In this document: piece by piece, positions 19,096 to 29,349 of the stretch
Layout: each line of letters opens with the position of its first letter
How positions within the stretch are numbered: the stretch's first letter is position 1
DNA from: Candidatus Zambryskibacteria bacterium CG10_big_fil_rev_8_21_14_0_10_42_12
GTDB lineage: Bacteria > Patescibacteriota > Minisyncoccia > Phycocordibacterales > 1-14-0-10-42-12
Reading direction: 5' to 3'
Assembly (NCBI GenBank): GCA_002787695.1
Contig: PCXL01000013.1
Location: 31,168-95,167 of the forward strand
DNA: 64,000 nt
The notes under the pieces: model-generated
What the model saw: the letters and a program-made list of their open reading frames with translations, nothing else
Database searches by the model: none
Told to the model about the DNA's origin: nothing
Made by a program: the position numbers and the translations under genes

Positions 19096-21027
19096 ATGAA
19101 ATCTAAAAAGCAGAAAGGTGTGGGCAAAAAAGACCCCTTTATTGAGGGTGTTATTTTTGTTACCCGAAAAGGCAACGCATTTGTTACACACGAGGACTTC
19201 AAAGAAGATATTGAAATAGAAGCACACAAAACTGGTGTGGCACTCCACGGAGATATGGTCAAAGTGCTTGTATATCCGGCAGTTCACAACAGGCGGCGAG
19301 GCGGCGAAGTCACTGAGGTTATTACTCGAGCAAAACACCGGCTTGTTGGCACAACAATTGCAGATAAAGAGTCTGTGTATTTTGAGTCTGATGATAAACA
19401 CATTCCGCTCAAATTTGAAATAGAAAAAGGAGAAGAAGTCAGTCCAAAATCTAAAGTTTATGTAGACCTACTCCCTTGGACCGACCCCAAACAAAGACCA
19501 AAGGTTCGCATACTTGAAGTACTTGGTCCCAAAGGAGATCACGAGTCAGAAACTCGTGCGATTCTGCTCTCTCATGATATTGATACCCGTTTCCCTGCAC
19601 CTGTTGAGAAAGAAGCAGAAAAAATAAAACAAGAACATGTGATATCTGCCGAAGGACGATTTGATTTCAGAGATCGGACAACATGTACCATCGACCCCGT
19701 TGATGCAAAAGACTTTGACGATGCGCTTTCTCTCAAAGATCTCGGAAACAACTGGTACGAGGTTGGCATTCATATTGCAGACGTTTCTCATTTTGTCCGC
19801 TCAGGAACCGCACTCGATCAAGAAGCCAAAGCACGTGCACTATCTGTCTACCTGGTCGACCGCACTATTCCCATGCTTCCGGAAATCCTTTCAAACGATC
19901 TCTGCAGTTTGAATCCCAATGAAGAAAAGTATGCGTTCTCTGCGGTTTTTGAGATGAATCTAAATGGAGAAGTCCGCAAACGCTCATTTGGCAAAAGTGT
20001 TATCAAATCGAACAAACGCTTTACCTATGAAGAAGCTCAGGACGTGCTCGATGGGAAATCTGACGTGCTTAAGAAAGAACTCGATATCCTAGAGGAAATA
20101 GCTCAAGCGCTACGAAAAACAAAAGTAGCTGCCGGCGCCATAGAGTTCGATACCGAAGAAGTGAAGTTTGAACTCGATAAAGACAAAAAACCGATTCGTG
20201 TCTACAAAAAAGAGCGCCTAGAAACCATGCGCATGATCGAAGACTTTATGCTCCTTGCAAACCGCGAGGTTGCCTCTTTTGTCTCCAACAAGAAAAACGG
20301 AAAAACACTTGATACGTTCGTATTCCGTGTACACGATGTACCAAACGTAGAAAAAATTGAAGAGCTTTTCTCTTTCCTTCACGCACTTGGTTATGACGTT
20401 GACGCAAATGAAAAAGATTTGACTCCAAAAGACATCCAGAAAATTTTAGACCATATTGAAGACAAACCAGAAGCGGCAACGATCAAAACAGCGATCCTCC
20501 GTTCTATGGCAAAAGCAACATATACGACGACAAACATTGGGCACTTTGGTCTTGCCTTTGATTACTATACGCATTTCACTTCCCCTATCAGACGTTACCC
20601 TGACCTCATGGTGCATCGTCTGTTAGACAATTTCCTCAAGGGTAAGCAAGAAAAGAACGATATCATGTTGCGCTACGAACAAATCCTTCGTGATGCAACA
20701 CAAAAAGAAATCAGCGCCATGACAGCGGAACGCGACTCTATAAAGATGAAGCAAGTCGAATACATGAAAGAACATATAGGAGAAACGTTTGACGGTATCA
20801 TTACCGGAGCAACTGAATGGGGTGTCTATGTCGAGGAGAAAGAGAGTAAAGCAGAAGGTATGATCCGTCTCAAAGATTTATCAGATGACTACTTCACCTT
20901 TGATCCAAAATCGTATTCAGTAATCGGAACCAAAACAAAGAAAAAATTCGCCATCGGTGATAAGGTAAAAGTGAAACTGATTGGTGTGAATATAGATGAC
21001 CGAACGATTGATTGGTCGTTGGTATAA
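19096..21027 (+). CDS. rnr: Ribonuclease R
   Basis: TIDPVDAKDFDDALS, YTHFTSPIRRYPDL, C-terminal S1 domain. Confidence 0.95.
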   Translation: MKSKKQKGVGKKDPFIEGVIFVTRKGNAFVTHEDFKEDIEIEAHKTGVALHGDMVKVLVYPAVHNRRRGGEVTEVITRAKHRLVGTTIADKESVYFESDDKHIPLKFEIEKGEEVSPKSKVYVDLLPWTDPKQRPKVRILEVLGPKGDHESETRAILLSHDIDTRFPAPVEKEAEKIKQEHVISAEGRFDFRDRTTCTIDPVDAKDFDDALSLKDLGNNWYEVGIHIADVSHFVRSGTALDQEAKARALSVYLVDRTIPMLPEILSNDLCSLNPNEEKYAFSAVFEMNLNGEVRKRSFGKSVIKSNKRFTYEEAQDVLDGKSDVLKKELDILEEIAQALRKTKVAAGAIEFDTEEVKFELDKDKKPIRVYKKERLETMRMIEDFMLLANREVASFVSNKKNGKTLDTFVFRVHDVPNVEKIEELFSFLHALGYDVDANEKDLTPKDIQKILDHIEDKPEAATIKTAILRSMAKATYTTTNIGHFGLAFDYYTHFTSPIRRYPDLMVHRLLDNFLKGKQEKNDIMLRYEQILRDATQKEISAMTAERDSIKMKQVEYMKEHIGETFDGIITGATEWGVYVEEKESKAEGMIRLKDLSDDYFTFDPKSYSVIGTKTKKKFAIGDKVKVKLIGVNIDDRTIDWSLV

Positions 21028-21037
21028 TTTTTTATAC

Positions 21038-21065
21038 TTGACTTATATTTTTAATATGATATTAT
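21038..21065 (+). promoter_or_regulatory. sigma70 promoter of ORFan
   Basis: TTGACT-16-TATTAT, starting 10 nt after the rnr stop. Confidence 0.65.
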
Positions 21066-21093
21066 AAACACATCGCTCAAGGAGGGCGAGACC

Positions 21094-21369
21094 GTGTATA
21101 CAGATTACAGTCCATTGGTTAACTTTCCCCGATTTCGCAACTACCGCGGCCACCAGGTCGTAGTAATCGAAGGAGGAGAAAGAGCGAGTGACGTTCTAAG
21201 GTTTGCCAGAAGACACGAATTGACCACCGTTGACACGGATGGCGACGAAACCTTCTGGATCGTGTTTGCTCTCGAACCCAGACGGGTTTGGGACTTCACG
21301 GCACGAGCCTTACGACGAACGCTTTGGTCGGGGCGCTACCCCGGCGGGACACCGCGACAACCAAAGTAG
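21094..21369 (+). CDS. GC-rich hypothetical protein (ORFan)
   Basis: AAGGAGGG SD 7 nt before GTG; own promoter; hairpin at about 21493-21518. Confidence 0.55.
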   Translation: MYTDYSPLVNFPRFRNYRGHQVVVIEGGERASDVLRFARRHELTTVDTDGDETFWIVFALEPRRVWDFTARALRRTLWSGRYPGGTPRQPK

Positions 21370-21525
21370 CCTCGCTGCCGTCTACGCCCGGCCAAAGACG
21401 TAGGGCGCGACCGTCGCGCCACGGACGCCGGCCCGATCGCCGGCGGGACGCTGAATCTGTATATACTAAAAAAATTATGTAAGTTTCATCACACAGGCCT
21501 TCGGGCCTGTTTCTTTTTATAAATT

Positions 21526-23772
21526 TTATTTAGCCACTTCCGATGCTTCATCAAATGAAATAGAGAGGAGTTTTGAGACGCCATCCTTGCCCATGGTCAC
21601 ACCATAGATAGAACCAGCGCGAGACATGGTTTCTCTATTGTGAGTGATGAGGATGAGTTGCGACTTTGAAGCAAGTGTCTCTATCATATCTCCATATTTT
21701 TTAGAATTTGCTTCATCGAGCGCCGCGTCTGTCTCATCGAGAATAATAAATGGAGGCGGATTGACCTGAGAGATCGCAAAGAGAAGGGCGATGGATGTCA
21801 GTGCTCTTTCACCTCCTGAGAGCATCATGAGTCCCTTGATACGCTTTCGCGGGAGCGAGACATCTACATCTACCCCTTCGTCATATTCTTGTGTTTCTTC
21901 TTCATCGCCAGAGGACTCTTCACTATCTTCACCTTCCAAATCAAACAGTTTTCTTTTTCGTTTTGCTTCTTTTACTACTTTGAGTCCTGCAGTTCCTCCG
22001 CCAAACATCAGTGAAAAGAACTCATTGAACTGTGAGTTTATTTTTTCTAACCCTGTTTTAAATTTAACTTCAAGTTCTGTTTCCAAATCTTTAATCAAGC
22101 TCGTGAGAGACTCGACCGATTTTTCAAGATCAATAAGTTCGCCAGCCAAAAATTCATCGCGTTCATTTGCTTGTTTGTATTCATTCAAAATATCCGCTCC
22201 TCCACCAGCTCCCATATCCTCGAGGCGGATTTTTATCCTCTCAATCTGCTTTCTGCGCTCCTCCTGTATACTTCTCTCCTCATTCGCATTTTTATAGGTA
22301 TCTACGTTGTTTTTATAGTCCAAGATACTTGTACCAATAAGTACATGCCCTTCTGTTATCTCCTGCTTAAAATCTGCATCTGCCCTGCGCCATGTTTCTA
22401 ACCGCATATGAAGATCGTGAAGCGCACTTGTCACTTCTTGTCTTTCTGCAAGCAATTTGAATATCTCCTTTTCTGAATCTCGCTTCTCGTCTTTCTCTGC
22501 CTCGATACTTTGTCGTACTTGTTCATAAGCTCGTCGTGCGTCTGTTTCTTTTTGATTGAGCTCTTCGAGCTTCTGTTTGATCTCTTCTGTTTTTTTGCGA
22601 AGCTCTTTGAGTTCTCCTTCAAATTCTTTCGCACGTGCATCGTCTACTTCTTCTCGATACGTATGGATGAGACCACCAACAATTTCTTTTACTTTGCTCC
22701 ACAAAAGTGACACCGTAAGTCCGTCTGTTTGTGACTCTGCTTCCAAACGAGAAAGTGCGCTTTCAACCTCGCGAAGCGGTACTGTCTTGTGTTCATTTTG
22801 TTCATGTCTCCTGCGTTCATCCGAGAGAAGTCGCTCGATACTGCGTTCTTCTCCAGAAACCCTACCCTGCTCAAGCACCAACGCTTCTCTTTCTTTGCGT
22901 ACCGCCTGGAGAAGAGCTTCTTTCTCAATAAGTTCACTAGACCTCGTTTCTGTTTTTTCTTCGGAAATTACAGCCTTGAGTTTTTCTATTGTTTTATCAA
23001 GCTCCTTCAATTTTTCATCAAGCGGTTTCGTTTTTGTCTTGATCTCATGTTCTTCTTTTTCTATATATGCAAATTCCCGTGCTAAATATTCTTCATAACG
23101 CTCAGAAAGTTCACGCCTCATGGCCTCCCCTTTTTCTATTTTTTCCACCTGTTTTTTAAGAAATTTGATATGTGGTGCAATCTCTCGACGCAGTGAAGAG
23201 ACTTTGTCTATGTTTTCTCGTGTCTTATCGAGCTTTCTGATACTTTCTTCTTTTTTGTATTGATACGCTTTGAGTCCCAGTGCATCCTCTATCATTCCCT
23301 TTCTCTCTTTCACTGTTGCTGAAAGGATTCTGTCTGCTTCTCCTTGAGAAATAATATGGTGTCCTGAAGATCCAATATTGGCGCTCGAGAGAAGTTCTGT
23401 GATGTCTTTGAGTCGCACCTGAGAACCATTTATAAAATATTCGTTGTTGCCATCACGATGCACCACACGTTCAATCGTCACCTCAGGAAAATCGATACTT
23501 AAAAACTTTTTTGAGTTATCAAAAACAACTTTGACACCAGCACGATTGGCACGAGGAGCATTCTCATTTCCATTCCAGATAAGATCTTCACCACGTTTTC
23601 CTCGAAGAGACTTGATAGACTGCTCCCCAAGTACAAAGCGAAACGATTCTGCTACGTTTGATTTACCCGATCCATTTGGTCCGACAATACCCGTCACGCG
23701 TGACGTAAAAGAAAAAAGACTCTTTTTTGCAAAAGATTTAAAGCCGGAAAGTTCAATTGATTTCAGTAACAT
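21526..23772 (-). CDS. smc: SMC-family ATPase, short (748 aa), no recognisable hinge
   Basis: LKSIELSGFKSF, GPNGSGKSN, Q-loop IISQGE, LSGGERALTSIALLFAI, ILDETDAALD, ITHN. Confidence 0.9.
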   Translation of the reverse strand: MLLKSIELSGFKSFAKKSLFSFTSRVTGIVGPNGSGKSNVAESFRFVLGEQSIKSLRGKRGEDLIWNGNENAPRANRAGVKVVFDNSKKFLSIDFPEVTIERVVHRDGNNEYFINGSQVRLKDITELLSSANIGSSGHHIISQGEADRILSATVKERKGMIEDALGLKAYQYKKEESIRKLDKTRENIDKVSSLRREIAPHIKFLKKQVEKIEKGEAMRRELSERYEEYLAREFAYIEKEEHEIKTKTKPLDEKLKELDKTIEKLKAVISEEKTETRSSELIEKEALLQAVRKEREALVLEQGRVSGEERSIERLLSDERRRHEQNEHKTVPLREVESALSRLEAESQTDGLTVSLLWSKVKEIVGGLIHTYREEVDDARAKEFEGELKELRKKTEEIKQKLEELNQKETDARRAYEQVRQSIEAEKDEKRDSEKEIFKLLAERQEVTSALHDLHMRLETWRRADADFKQEITEGHVLIGTSILDYKNNVDTYKNANEERSIQEERRKQIERIKIRLEDMGAGGGADILNEYKQANERDEFLAGELIDLEKSVESLTSLIKDLETELEVKFKTGLEKINSQFNEFFSLMFGGGTAGLKVVKEAKRKRKLFDLEGEDSEESSGDEEETQEYDEGVDVDVSLPRKRIKGLMMLSGGERALTSIALLFAISQVNPPPFIILDETDAALDEANSKKYGDMIETLASKSQLILITHNRETMSRAGSIYGVTMGKDGVSKLLSISFDEASEVAK

Positions 23773-23792
23773 ACAGAAATATTACTATACCC

Positions 23793-24818
23793 TTACTTTT
23801 TCCGCTTAATCACTTTGTTTATAGCTTCTTTTATATGACTAACTCCCATGGAGTAGTGTTCGATCAGTTCGTCCGGTGTTCCCGACTGCCCATACTGATC
23901 TCGTACACCAACAAATTCAATTGGTGTCGGATGATGTTCTGCCAGATATTCAGCAACCGCACTTCCCATCCCTCCAGCGATTTGGTGTTCCTCGACGGTT
24001 ACCAGCGCACCCGTTTCTCTTGCGAGTTTCAAAATCGCATCCGTATCGAGTGGTTTTATCGTGTGTAGATTCATCACGCGTACCATTGCTCCGTCGTTTG
24101 AAAGCGTTTTCGCTACTACCAGTGCTTTGTGAAGCAATGCACCCGTCGCAATGATGCCTACATCTGGATTTTTACCGTCATGCGAAGAATCAAAAAAAAT
24201 CTGCGCTTTGCCGATTTCAAACGGAGTTTCCTCTGTTGTCATCACCGGTGTTTTTTCTCGCGCCAGACGGATGTAGGTAGGATCTTTTGTTTTAGCAAGG
24301 GCAATTGTTGCCTTTCTTGCTTCTATTGCATCGCACGGAGAAATAACCACCATACGCGGCAATACGCGCATGAGCGCAATATCTTCTATGGCCTGGTGTG
24401 TGCCACCGTCTGGTCCAACCGAAATCCCTGAGTGAGACCCTACGATTTTCACCGGTCGGTCGTTATAGGTAATTGTAGTTCGAATTTGTTCCCAATTTCT
24501 CCCCGGAGAAAACATAGCGTACGAAGAGACAAAGGGAATTTTACCCATAGCGGCCATCCCCGAAGCAACCGTTACTAAATTTTGCTCTGCAACACCTATT
24601 TCGATAAATCTGTTGGGAAATTTGTCTGCAAAAAGGTTCATTTTGGTTGATTCAACAAGATCAGCACAAAGTCCCACAACATTTTCGTCTAGCTCTCCTG
24701 CAGCTAAAAGCCCTTCACCAAAACCTTCGCGAATGGCTTTCATCTCAAAGTCGCTTTCGTCCACCGCGCAATCAGATGGAAATATATTTGGATTTAATTT
24801 TGCTTCTTCGTTGATCAT
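23793..24818 (-). CDS. tkt: Transketolase, C-terminal subunit
   Basis: IGVAEQN, GPDGGTHQAIED, VEEHQIAGGMGS. Confidence 0.93.
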   Translation of the reverse strand: MINEEAKLNPNIFPSDCAVDESDFEMKAIREGFGEGLLAAGELDENVVGLCADLVESTKMNLFADKFPNRFIEIGVAEQNLVTVASGMAAMGKIPFVSSYAMFSPGRNWEQIRTTITYNDRPVKIVGSHSGISVGPDGGTHQAIEDIALMRVLPRMVVISPCDAIEARKATIALAKTKDPTYIRLAREKTPVMTTEETPFEIGKAQIFFDSSHDGKNPDVGIIATGALLHKALVVAKTLSNDGAMVRVMNLHTIKPLDTDAILKLARETGALVTVEEHQIAGGMGSAVAEYLAEHHPTPIEFVGVRDQYGQSGTPDELIEHYSMGVSHIKEAINKVIKRKK

Positions 24819-24822
24819 GTTT

Positions 24823-25107
24823 TTATGACTGCAAAATCATATATATAAGCATGGCTACAAATCCAATCAGAAACCATTTCATATAAGCTATATACGCTCG
24901 CCTTTTGTTTTTCCACATAAATAGAGCTGGGATAATCAAGAGAAAGAATTGAAATACAATATATACATAGAGGTAATTGGTTGAATCCGGAGCACCAAAC
25001 AAAAGTAACCCTACGATAGGCGCCGATACAAATGGTATTAAAAATCCACGAACTGAATATGCTGTGTTACTGATTGGCTTATTTTGTTGAGTATTTTGCT
25101 GTTGCAT
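24823..25107 (-). CDS. Small 3-TM hypothetical membrane protein
   Basis: Three hydrophobic segments; tightly packed in the operon. Confidence 0.65.
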   Translation of the reverse strand: MQQQNTQQNKPISNTAYSVRGFLIPFVSAPIVGLLLFGAPDSTNYLYVYIVFQFFLLIIPALFMWKNKRRAYIAYMKWFLIGFVAMLIYMILQS

Positions 25108-25118
25108 ATATTAAAAAA

Positions 25119-25982
25119 TTAAAAATTAATAGCTCTAAGTTCCTTAAGCGCAACTTCTCCTTGCTTATCTTTAGTCACAACATCTTCCGGACCTTTGCCT
25201 GGCGGATTGCCATGCCACTCGTATCTGTTTTCCATAAATGACACACCTTTGCCCGGTACGGTATCCGCCACGATAATGACAGGTTTGTTTTCAACACTAC
25301 GTGCTTCTTTAATACCGCGAATAATATCGAGGATATCGTTCCCATTTATTTCAATGACATGCCAATTGAACGCTTTATATTTTTCAACGAATGGATCAAG
25401 TGGCATAATCTCTTCGGTATTACCATCGATCTGAATATAGTTTCTATCTATTATTTGAATAAGGTTGTGCAGTTTTTCTTTTCCAGCCAAGAGCACTGCT
25501 TCCCAGGTATTTCCTTCATTGTGTTCCCCGTCGCTCGTTAAACACCACACAATTCTATCGTTTTGCTTTCCATCTATTCTGTCCGCAAGTGCCATACCAA
25601 CAGCTTGCGAAAGTCCAGAACCAAGCGGACCAGAACTGTTTTCAAGCATAGGCAAATACTCCCGATGCGGATGACCTTGAAGGCGTGAACCAAATTTACG
25701 GAGCGTTTTTAATTCTTCTACAGGAAAATATCCGGCATGCGCCATAGCACTGTATAACACCGGACAAATATGACCGTTTGAAAGTACGAGCCGATCTCGC
25801 TCTTCCCACTCCGGATTCTTTGGGTCATGCTTCATTTCTTTGAAATAGAGCACGGAAAAAATATCCGCCATGCCAAGGGGACCTCCTGAATGCCCCGATT
25901 TTGCTTCTATCAATGCTTCAATAAGCGATATGCGAATATCGTTTGCTTTCTTTTGCAGATGTTTTATTTCTTCAGCCGACAT
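25119..25982 (-). CDS. tkt: Transketolase, N-terminal subunit
   Basis: SGHSGG, DRLVLSNGH, LQGHP, ThDP motif SDGEHNEG...DRN. Confidence 0.94.
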   Translation of the reverse strand: MSAEEIKHLQKKANDIRISLIEALIEAKSGHSGGPLGMADIFSVLYFKEMKHDPKNPEWEERDRLVLSNGHICPVLYSAMAHAGYFPVEELKTLRKFGSRLQGHPHREYLPMLENSSGPLGSGLSQAVGMALADRIDGKQNDRIVWCLTSDGEHNEGNTWEAVLLAGKEKLHNLIQIIDRNYIQIDGNTEEIMPLDPFVEKYKAFNWHVIEINGNDILDIIRGIKEARSVENKPVIIVADTVPGKGVSFMENRYEWHGNPPGKGPEDVVTKDKQGEVALKELRAINF

Positions 25983-25992
25983 TACTATTTAT

Positions 25993-26667
25993 TTAAAGTG
26001 ATTTATAGAAATTAATTTCCTCGACCGGGTCAGTTACGCCAAAAATTCCAGATCCGGAAACGAGTTTTGTTGCACCTGCTTCTACCAGACGCGACGCTGT
26101 TTCTCTGCTTACTCCAATATCAATACTTATTGTAACGTTTTCAAATTTTTCTTTCACTCCCCGGATTTTCTCATACACTGTTTTATCAAGCGTCACTCCA
26201 TTGTGACCGATATTGTCATTACCCATAAATTGCACAAAATCAATTTCTGACATAAATGGATCGAGTACAGAAATATCTTCTCGTGGTTTTAATGCAATGC
26301 CCACTTTTTTATTTCTAGATTTTAAAAATGCAATAACTTCTCGTATTCGTTCGCTAACAGACTCATAATGAATTACAAAAGATTGCGCACCGAGCCGTAT
26401 CCAGTTTTCAACATAATCATCCGGACTCGCTACCATCATATCTATTTCGTATTCCACCTTCTCTACATACGGCAACATCTGATTACCATCAATCATGTTT
26501 TGAAATGCATATGAATCACCTCCATCAAACGGCCACGACACTGTCGGTACAAATATGCCATCCATGATATCAATAGCAATTGTGTCTACATATTGAACAA
26601 CAGAAGAAACTTTTTCTTCCAATTCTTCAAAACTATGAGGGATTATTGCTGGCACTATCTCTGCCAT
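25993..26667 (-). CDS. rpe: Ribulose-phosphate 3-epimerase
   Basis: IDIMDGIFVP, IHYE, IDIGVS, LVSGSGIF; pentose phosphate operon context. Confidence 0.85.
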   Translation of the reverse strand: MAEIVPAIIPHSFEELEEKVSSVVQYVDTIAIDIMDGIFVPTVSWPFDGGDSYAFQNMIDGNQMLPYVEKVEYEIDMMVASPDDYVENWIRLGAQSFVIHYESVSERIREVIAFLKSRNKKVGIALKPREDISVLDPFMSEIDFVQFMGNDNIGHNGVTLDKTVYEKIRGVKEKFENVTISIDIGVSRETASRLVEAGATKLVSGSGIFGVTDPVEEINFYKSL

Positions 26668-26668
26668 A

Positions 26669-27178
26669 TTATGTTGTGAGATTTTCTAGTTTACGGAGAC
26701 GCCTCTTGTGTCGTTCATCGTTTGAAAATGGAGTTTCGAGCCACAATTTTACTGCATGAAATGCTTCTTCATTACTCAAAAAACGTGCACCTAATGCGAG
26801 CACATTTGCATCATTGTGCTGACGAGAAATAACAATCTCATGTGGAACCATGCGACCGTCAAGAGGTTTGTATTGCCCATTAAACACAACTGCACGAATA
26901 CCTTGGAACCGATTGGCTGTCATCGCCTCCCCTTGTCCTGATCCGCCGATGATAATCGCTTTTGTTTTAAGAGGATTTTTCAAAACTTCTTTCACCGTTG
27001 GTACGATAAAATCAGGATAGTCATCTCCTTCATCAAACCGAAATGCTCCCTTGTCGAGCACTTTATAACCGAGCCTTTCAAGCTCTTCTTTTAAAAACGT
27101 TTTTAAGTGATACCCCGCATGGTCCGCGCCGATCACTATAGTTTCTACTCTTGGTGCTGCACTGCCAAATCGTCCCAT
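26669..27178 (-). CDS. rpiB: Ribose-5-phosphate isomerase B
   Basis: GADHAG, DDYPD, GGSGQGE, SRQHNDANVLALG, RHKRR. Confidence 0.93.
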   Translation of the reverse strand: MGRFGSAAPRVETIVIGADHAGYHLKTFLKEELERLGYKVLDKGAFRFDEGDDYPDFIVPTVKEVLKNPLKTKAIIIGGSGQGEAMTANRFQGIRAVVFNGQYKPLDGRMVPHEIVISRQHNDANVLALGARFLSNEEAFHAVKLWLETPFSNDERHKRRLRKLENLTT

Positions 27179-27179
27179 A

Positions 27180-28202
27180 TTAAATATAACTTCCTAGACG
27201 AACCACATGTTCGATTAACGCGTACGTATACCCCATTTCGTTGTCATACCAAGCAAGTACCTTAACCAAATTTCCTCCAACAACACGCGTCATAGACAAA
27301 TCGGCAATTGATGCATATTTTTCTCCGATGATGTCCGACGAAACGATCGGTTCATCAGTTGCAGTAAAGACTGGTTTCCAACGCTCTTCCGTTGCAGCTT
27401 TTCGCAATATATCATTCACCTCATCTCTCGTCGTATCTTTTTTTGAAACAAAAGTAACATCGACTATTGAACCAGCAGGCACCGGTACACGCATAGCAAT
27501 ACCATCAAAAAGACCTGTAAGTTCTGGGATCGCTTTCGTTGTTGCAATAGCCGCACCAGTTGAGGTCGGAATAATATTCTGTGCAGCCGCCCTACCTTTT
27601 CGCATATCTTTTTTTGCAGGACCATCAACAATTGCTTGAGTTGAAGTGTAGGCGTGGACTGTGTTGAGCAGAGCTTTTTCAATACCGAGCGCTTCGTGAA
27701 GTATCTGCATGAGCGGACTTCCTGCGTTTGTGGTACATGATGCGTTTGAAGTAATCGTACAGGTTTTCAGTTTTTCATCGTTTACACCGATCAATATAGT
27801 CGCTTCACTTTCATTTCTTGGTTCATCTTTGACTGGTGCAGAAATGACTACACGCTTTGCTCCAGCTGTTTTATGCGCTTCTGCTTTTTCGTATGTTGTA
27901 AATACACCTGTTGATTCAACGACAACATCTATATCCAAATCTCCCCATGGCAATTTTACTGGGTCTGGTTCAGACACAAATTTAATCTCTTTACCATCGA
28001 CCACCAAATTGCCTCCAGATACTTCTACGCTGAAAGGAGACTTCCCGTACACAGTGTCGTATTTGATGAGATATGCAATATTATCAATACTACCCAAATC
28101 ATTTACCGCAACAACTTCGAGTTCATCCCGAGTGAGCGCAGCCTTTAAAAAGGCTCTGCCAATTCTTCCTGCTCCATTAATAGCAACGCGTGTCTTCTTC
28201 AT
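27180..28202 (-). CDS. gap: Glyceraldehyde-3-phosphate dehydrogenase (type I)
   Basis: INGAGRIGR, SNASCTTN, WYDNEMGY. Confidence 0.96.
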   Translation of the reverse strand: MKKTRVAINGAGRIGRAFLKAALTRDELEVVAVNDLGSIDNIAYLIKYDTVYGKSPFSVEVSGGNLVVDGKEIKFVSEPDPVKLPWGDLDIDVVVESTGVFTTYEKAEAHKTAGAKRVVISAPVKDEPRNESEATILIGVNDEKLKTCTITSNASCTTNAGSPLMQILHEALGIEKALLNTVHAYTSTQAIVDGPAKKDMRKGRAAAQNIIPTSTGAAIATTKAIPELTGLFDGIAMRVPVPAGSIVDVTFVSKKDTTRDEVNDILRKAATEERWKPVFTATDEPIVSSDIIGEKYASIADLSMTRVVGGNLVKVLAWYDNEMGYTYALIEHVVRLGSYI

Positions 28203-28243
28203 AGACTCAAGATTAAAAGTAATACTGTTTTATTGTATCACAG

Positions 28244-29257
28244 CTATTCTCCCTGCTTTGTCTCAGCTTTTTGTGTAGAGTGTGCTTGCACGTCCACTTC
28301 GTAACTTGTGTTTTGTGCTTCAAAAAAGTTTACGAGTTCAAATACATCTGTTGCAATACTCATCCATTTTGCTGGATTAGTTGCATTGTAGTACTTACCA
28401 AGTCCAAGCTCCTCAAGACGTCTATCAGCCACATACTGCACATACTGATTCACGTAGTCTGCATTGAGTCCCAAGATTCCGTTTGGAAACAGATCTTTGT
28501 TATATGCAGTTTCGAGATTTACACCCTCAACTACAATTTGTTTAATCTCAGCTGCAAATTCCGGAGTCACGAGACTAGGATTTTCTTCAAGAATATTGAG
28601 AATGAGATTGATACCAAACTGAAGATGAAGTGATTCGTCACGAAGCACCCAGTTAATCATTGAACCGAAGTTACGAAGTTTATTTCGCTGGCGGAATGAC
28701 AGTGCAACCATAAAGCCTGAGTAAAACCAGATACCCTCCATAACAATATTTGTCGCAACCAAGTTTCGGATAAAGTCCTGCTTACCTTCTGTAGTTTCAA
28801 TATCAAGCGTTTCCTCCGTCATGCGGCGCATGTACTTGTTGATATAATCTTCTTTTGCTTTCATAGAAGGAGTTTCAAGGTGTAGCTGGAAAATATGTTC
28901 TCTGTCAAACGGAAATGTATTGAGCACATATTCAAAGGCAACACAGTGGTTTGCTTCTTCCCACATTTGCTTTGCAAGATATAGGTGACATTCTGGCGCT
29001 TTGACGTACTGATATACACCGAGCGCAAGTGAGCGATTTACAATAAGCTCAGCCGGATTAAAGAACGCCATCAAGAATTTCACCGCATGACGTTCATCAT
29101 CTGTCATAGTTTGCCAATCTGTTAAATCGTCCTTGAGTGCAATTTCGTGTGGGAACCACGTATTTCGAACTGCCTGATGATAGAGATCATATGCCCATTG
29201 ATAATTAATGGGATGAAGATTCATGTCATCTGGTGTAGCTTTTCCAATGAGTGCCAT
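28244..29257 (-). CDS. nrdB: Ribonucleotide reductase class I beta subunit, class Ic-type signature
   Basis: FFNPAE, EEANHCVAF, EGIWFYSGF, RDESLH, NFFE..TSY. Confidence 0.93.
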   Translation of the reverse strand: MALIGKATPDDMNLHPINYQWAYDLYHQAVRNTWFPHEIALKDDLTDWQTMTDDERHAVKFLMAFFNPAELIVNRSLALGVYQYVKAPECHLYLAKQMWEEANHCVAFEYVLNTFPFDREHIFQLHLETPSMKAKEDYINKYMRRMTEETLDIETTEGKQDFIRNLVATNIVMEGIWFYSGFMVALSFRQRNKLRNFGSMINWVLRDESLHLQFGINLILNILEENPSLVTPEFAAEIKQIVVEGVNLETAYNKDLFPNGILGLNADYVNQYVQYVADRRLEELGLGKYYNATNPAKWMSIATDVFELVNFFEAQNTSYEVDVQAHSTQKAETKQGE

Positions 29258-29349
29258 AATTTTATGATTAGTTATTGCTAATAGAAAGATGGAAATATTG
29301 ATTCACATGCATGCAATTTTTCTTTTTTCCTTCTTTACTTAATAAATTC

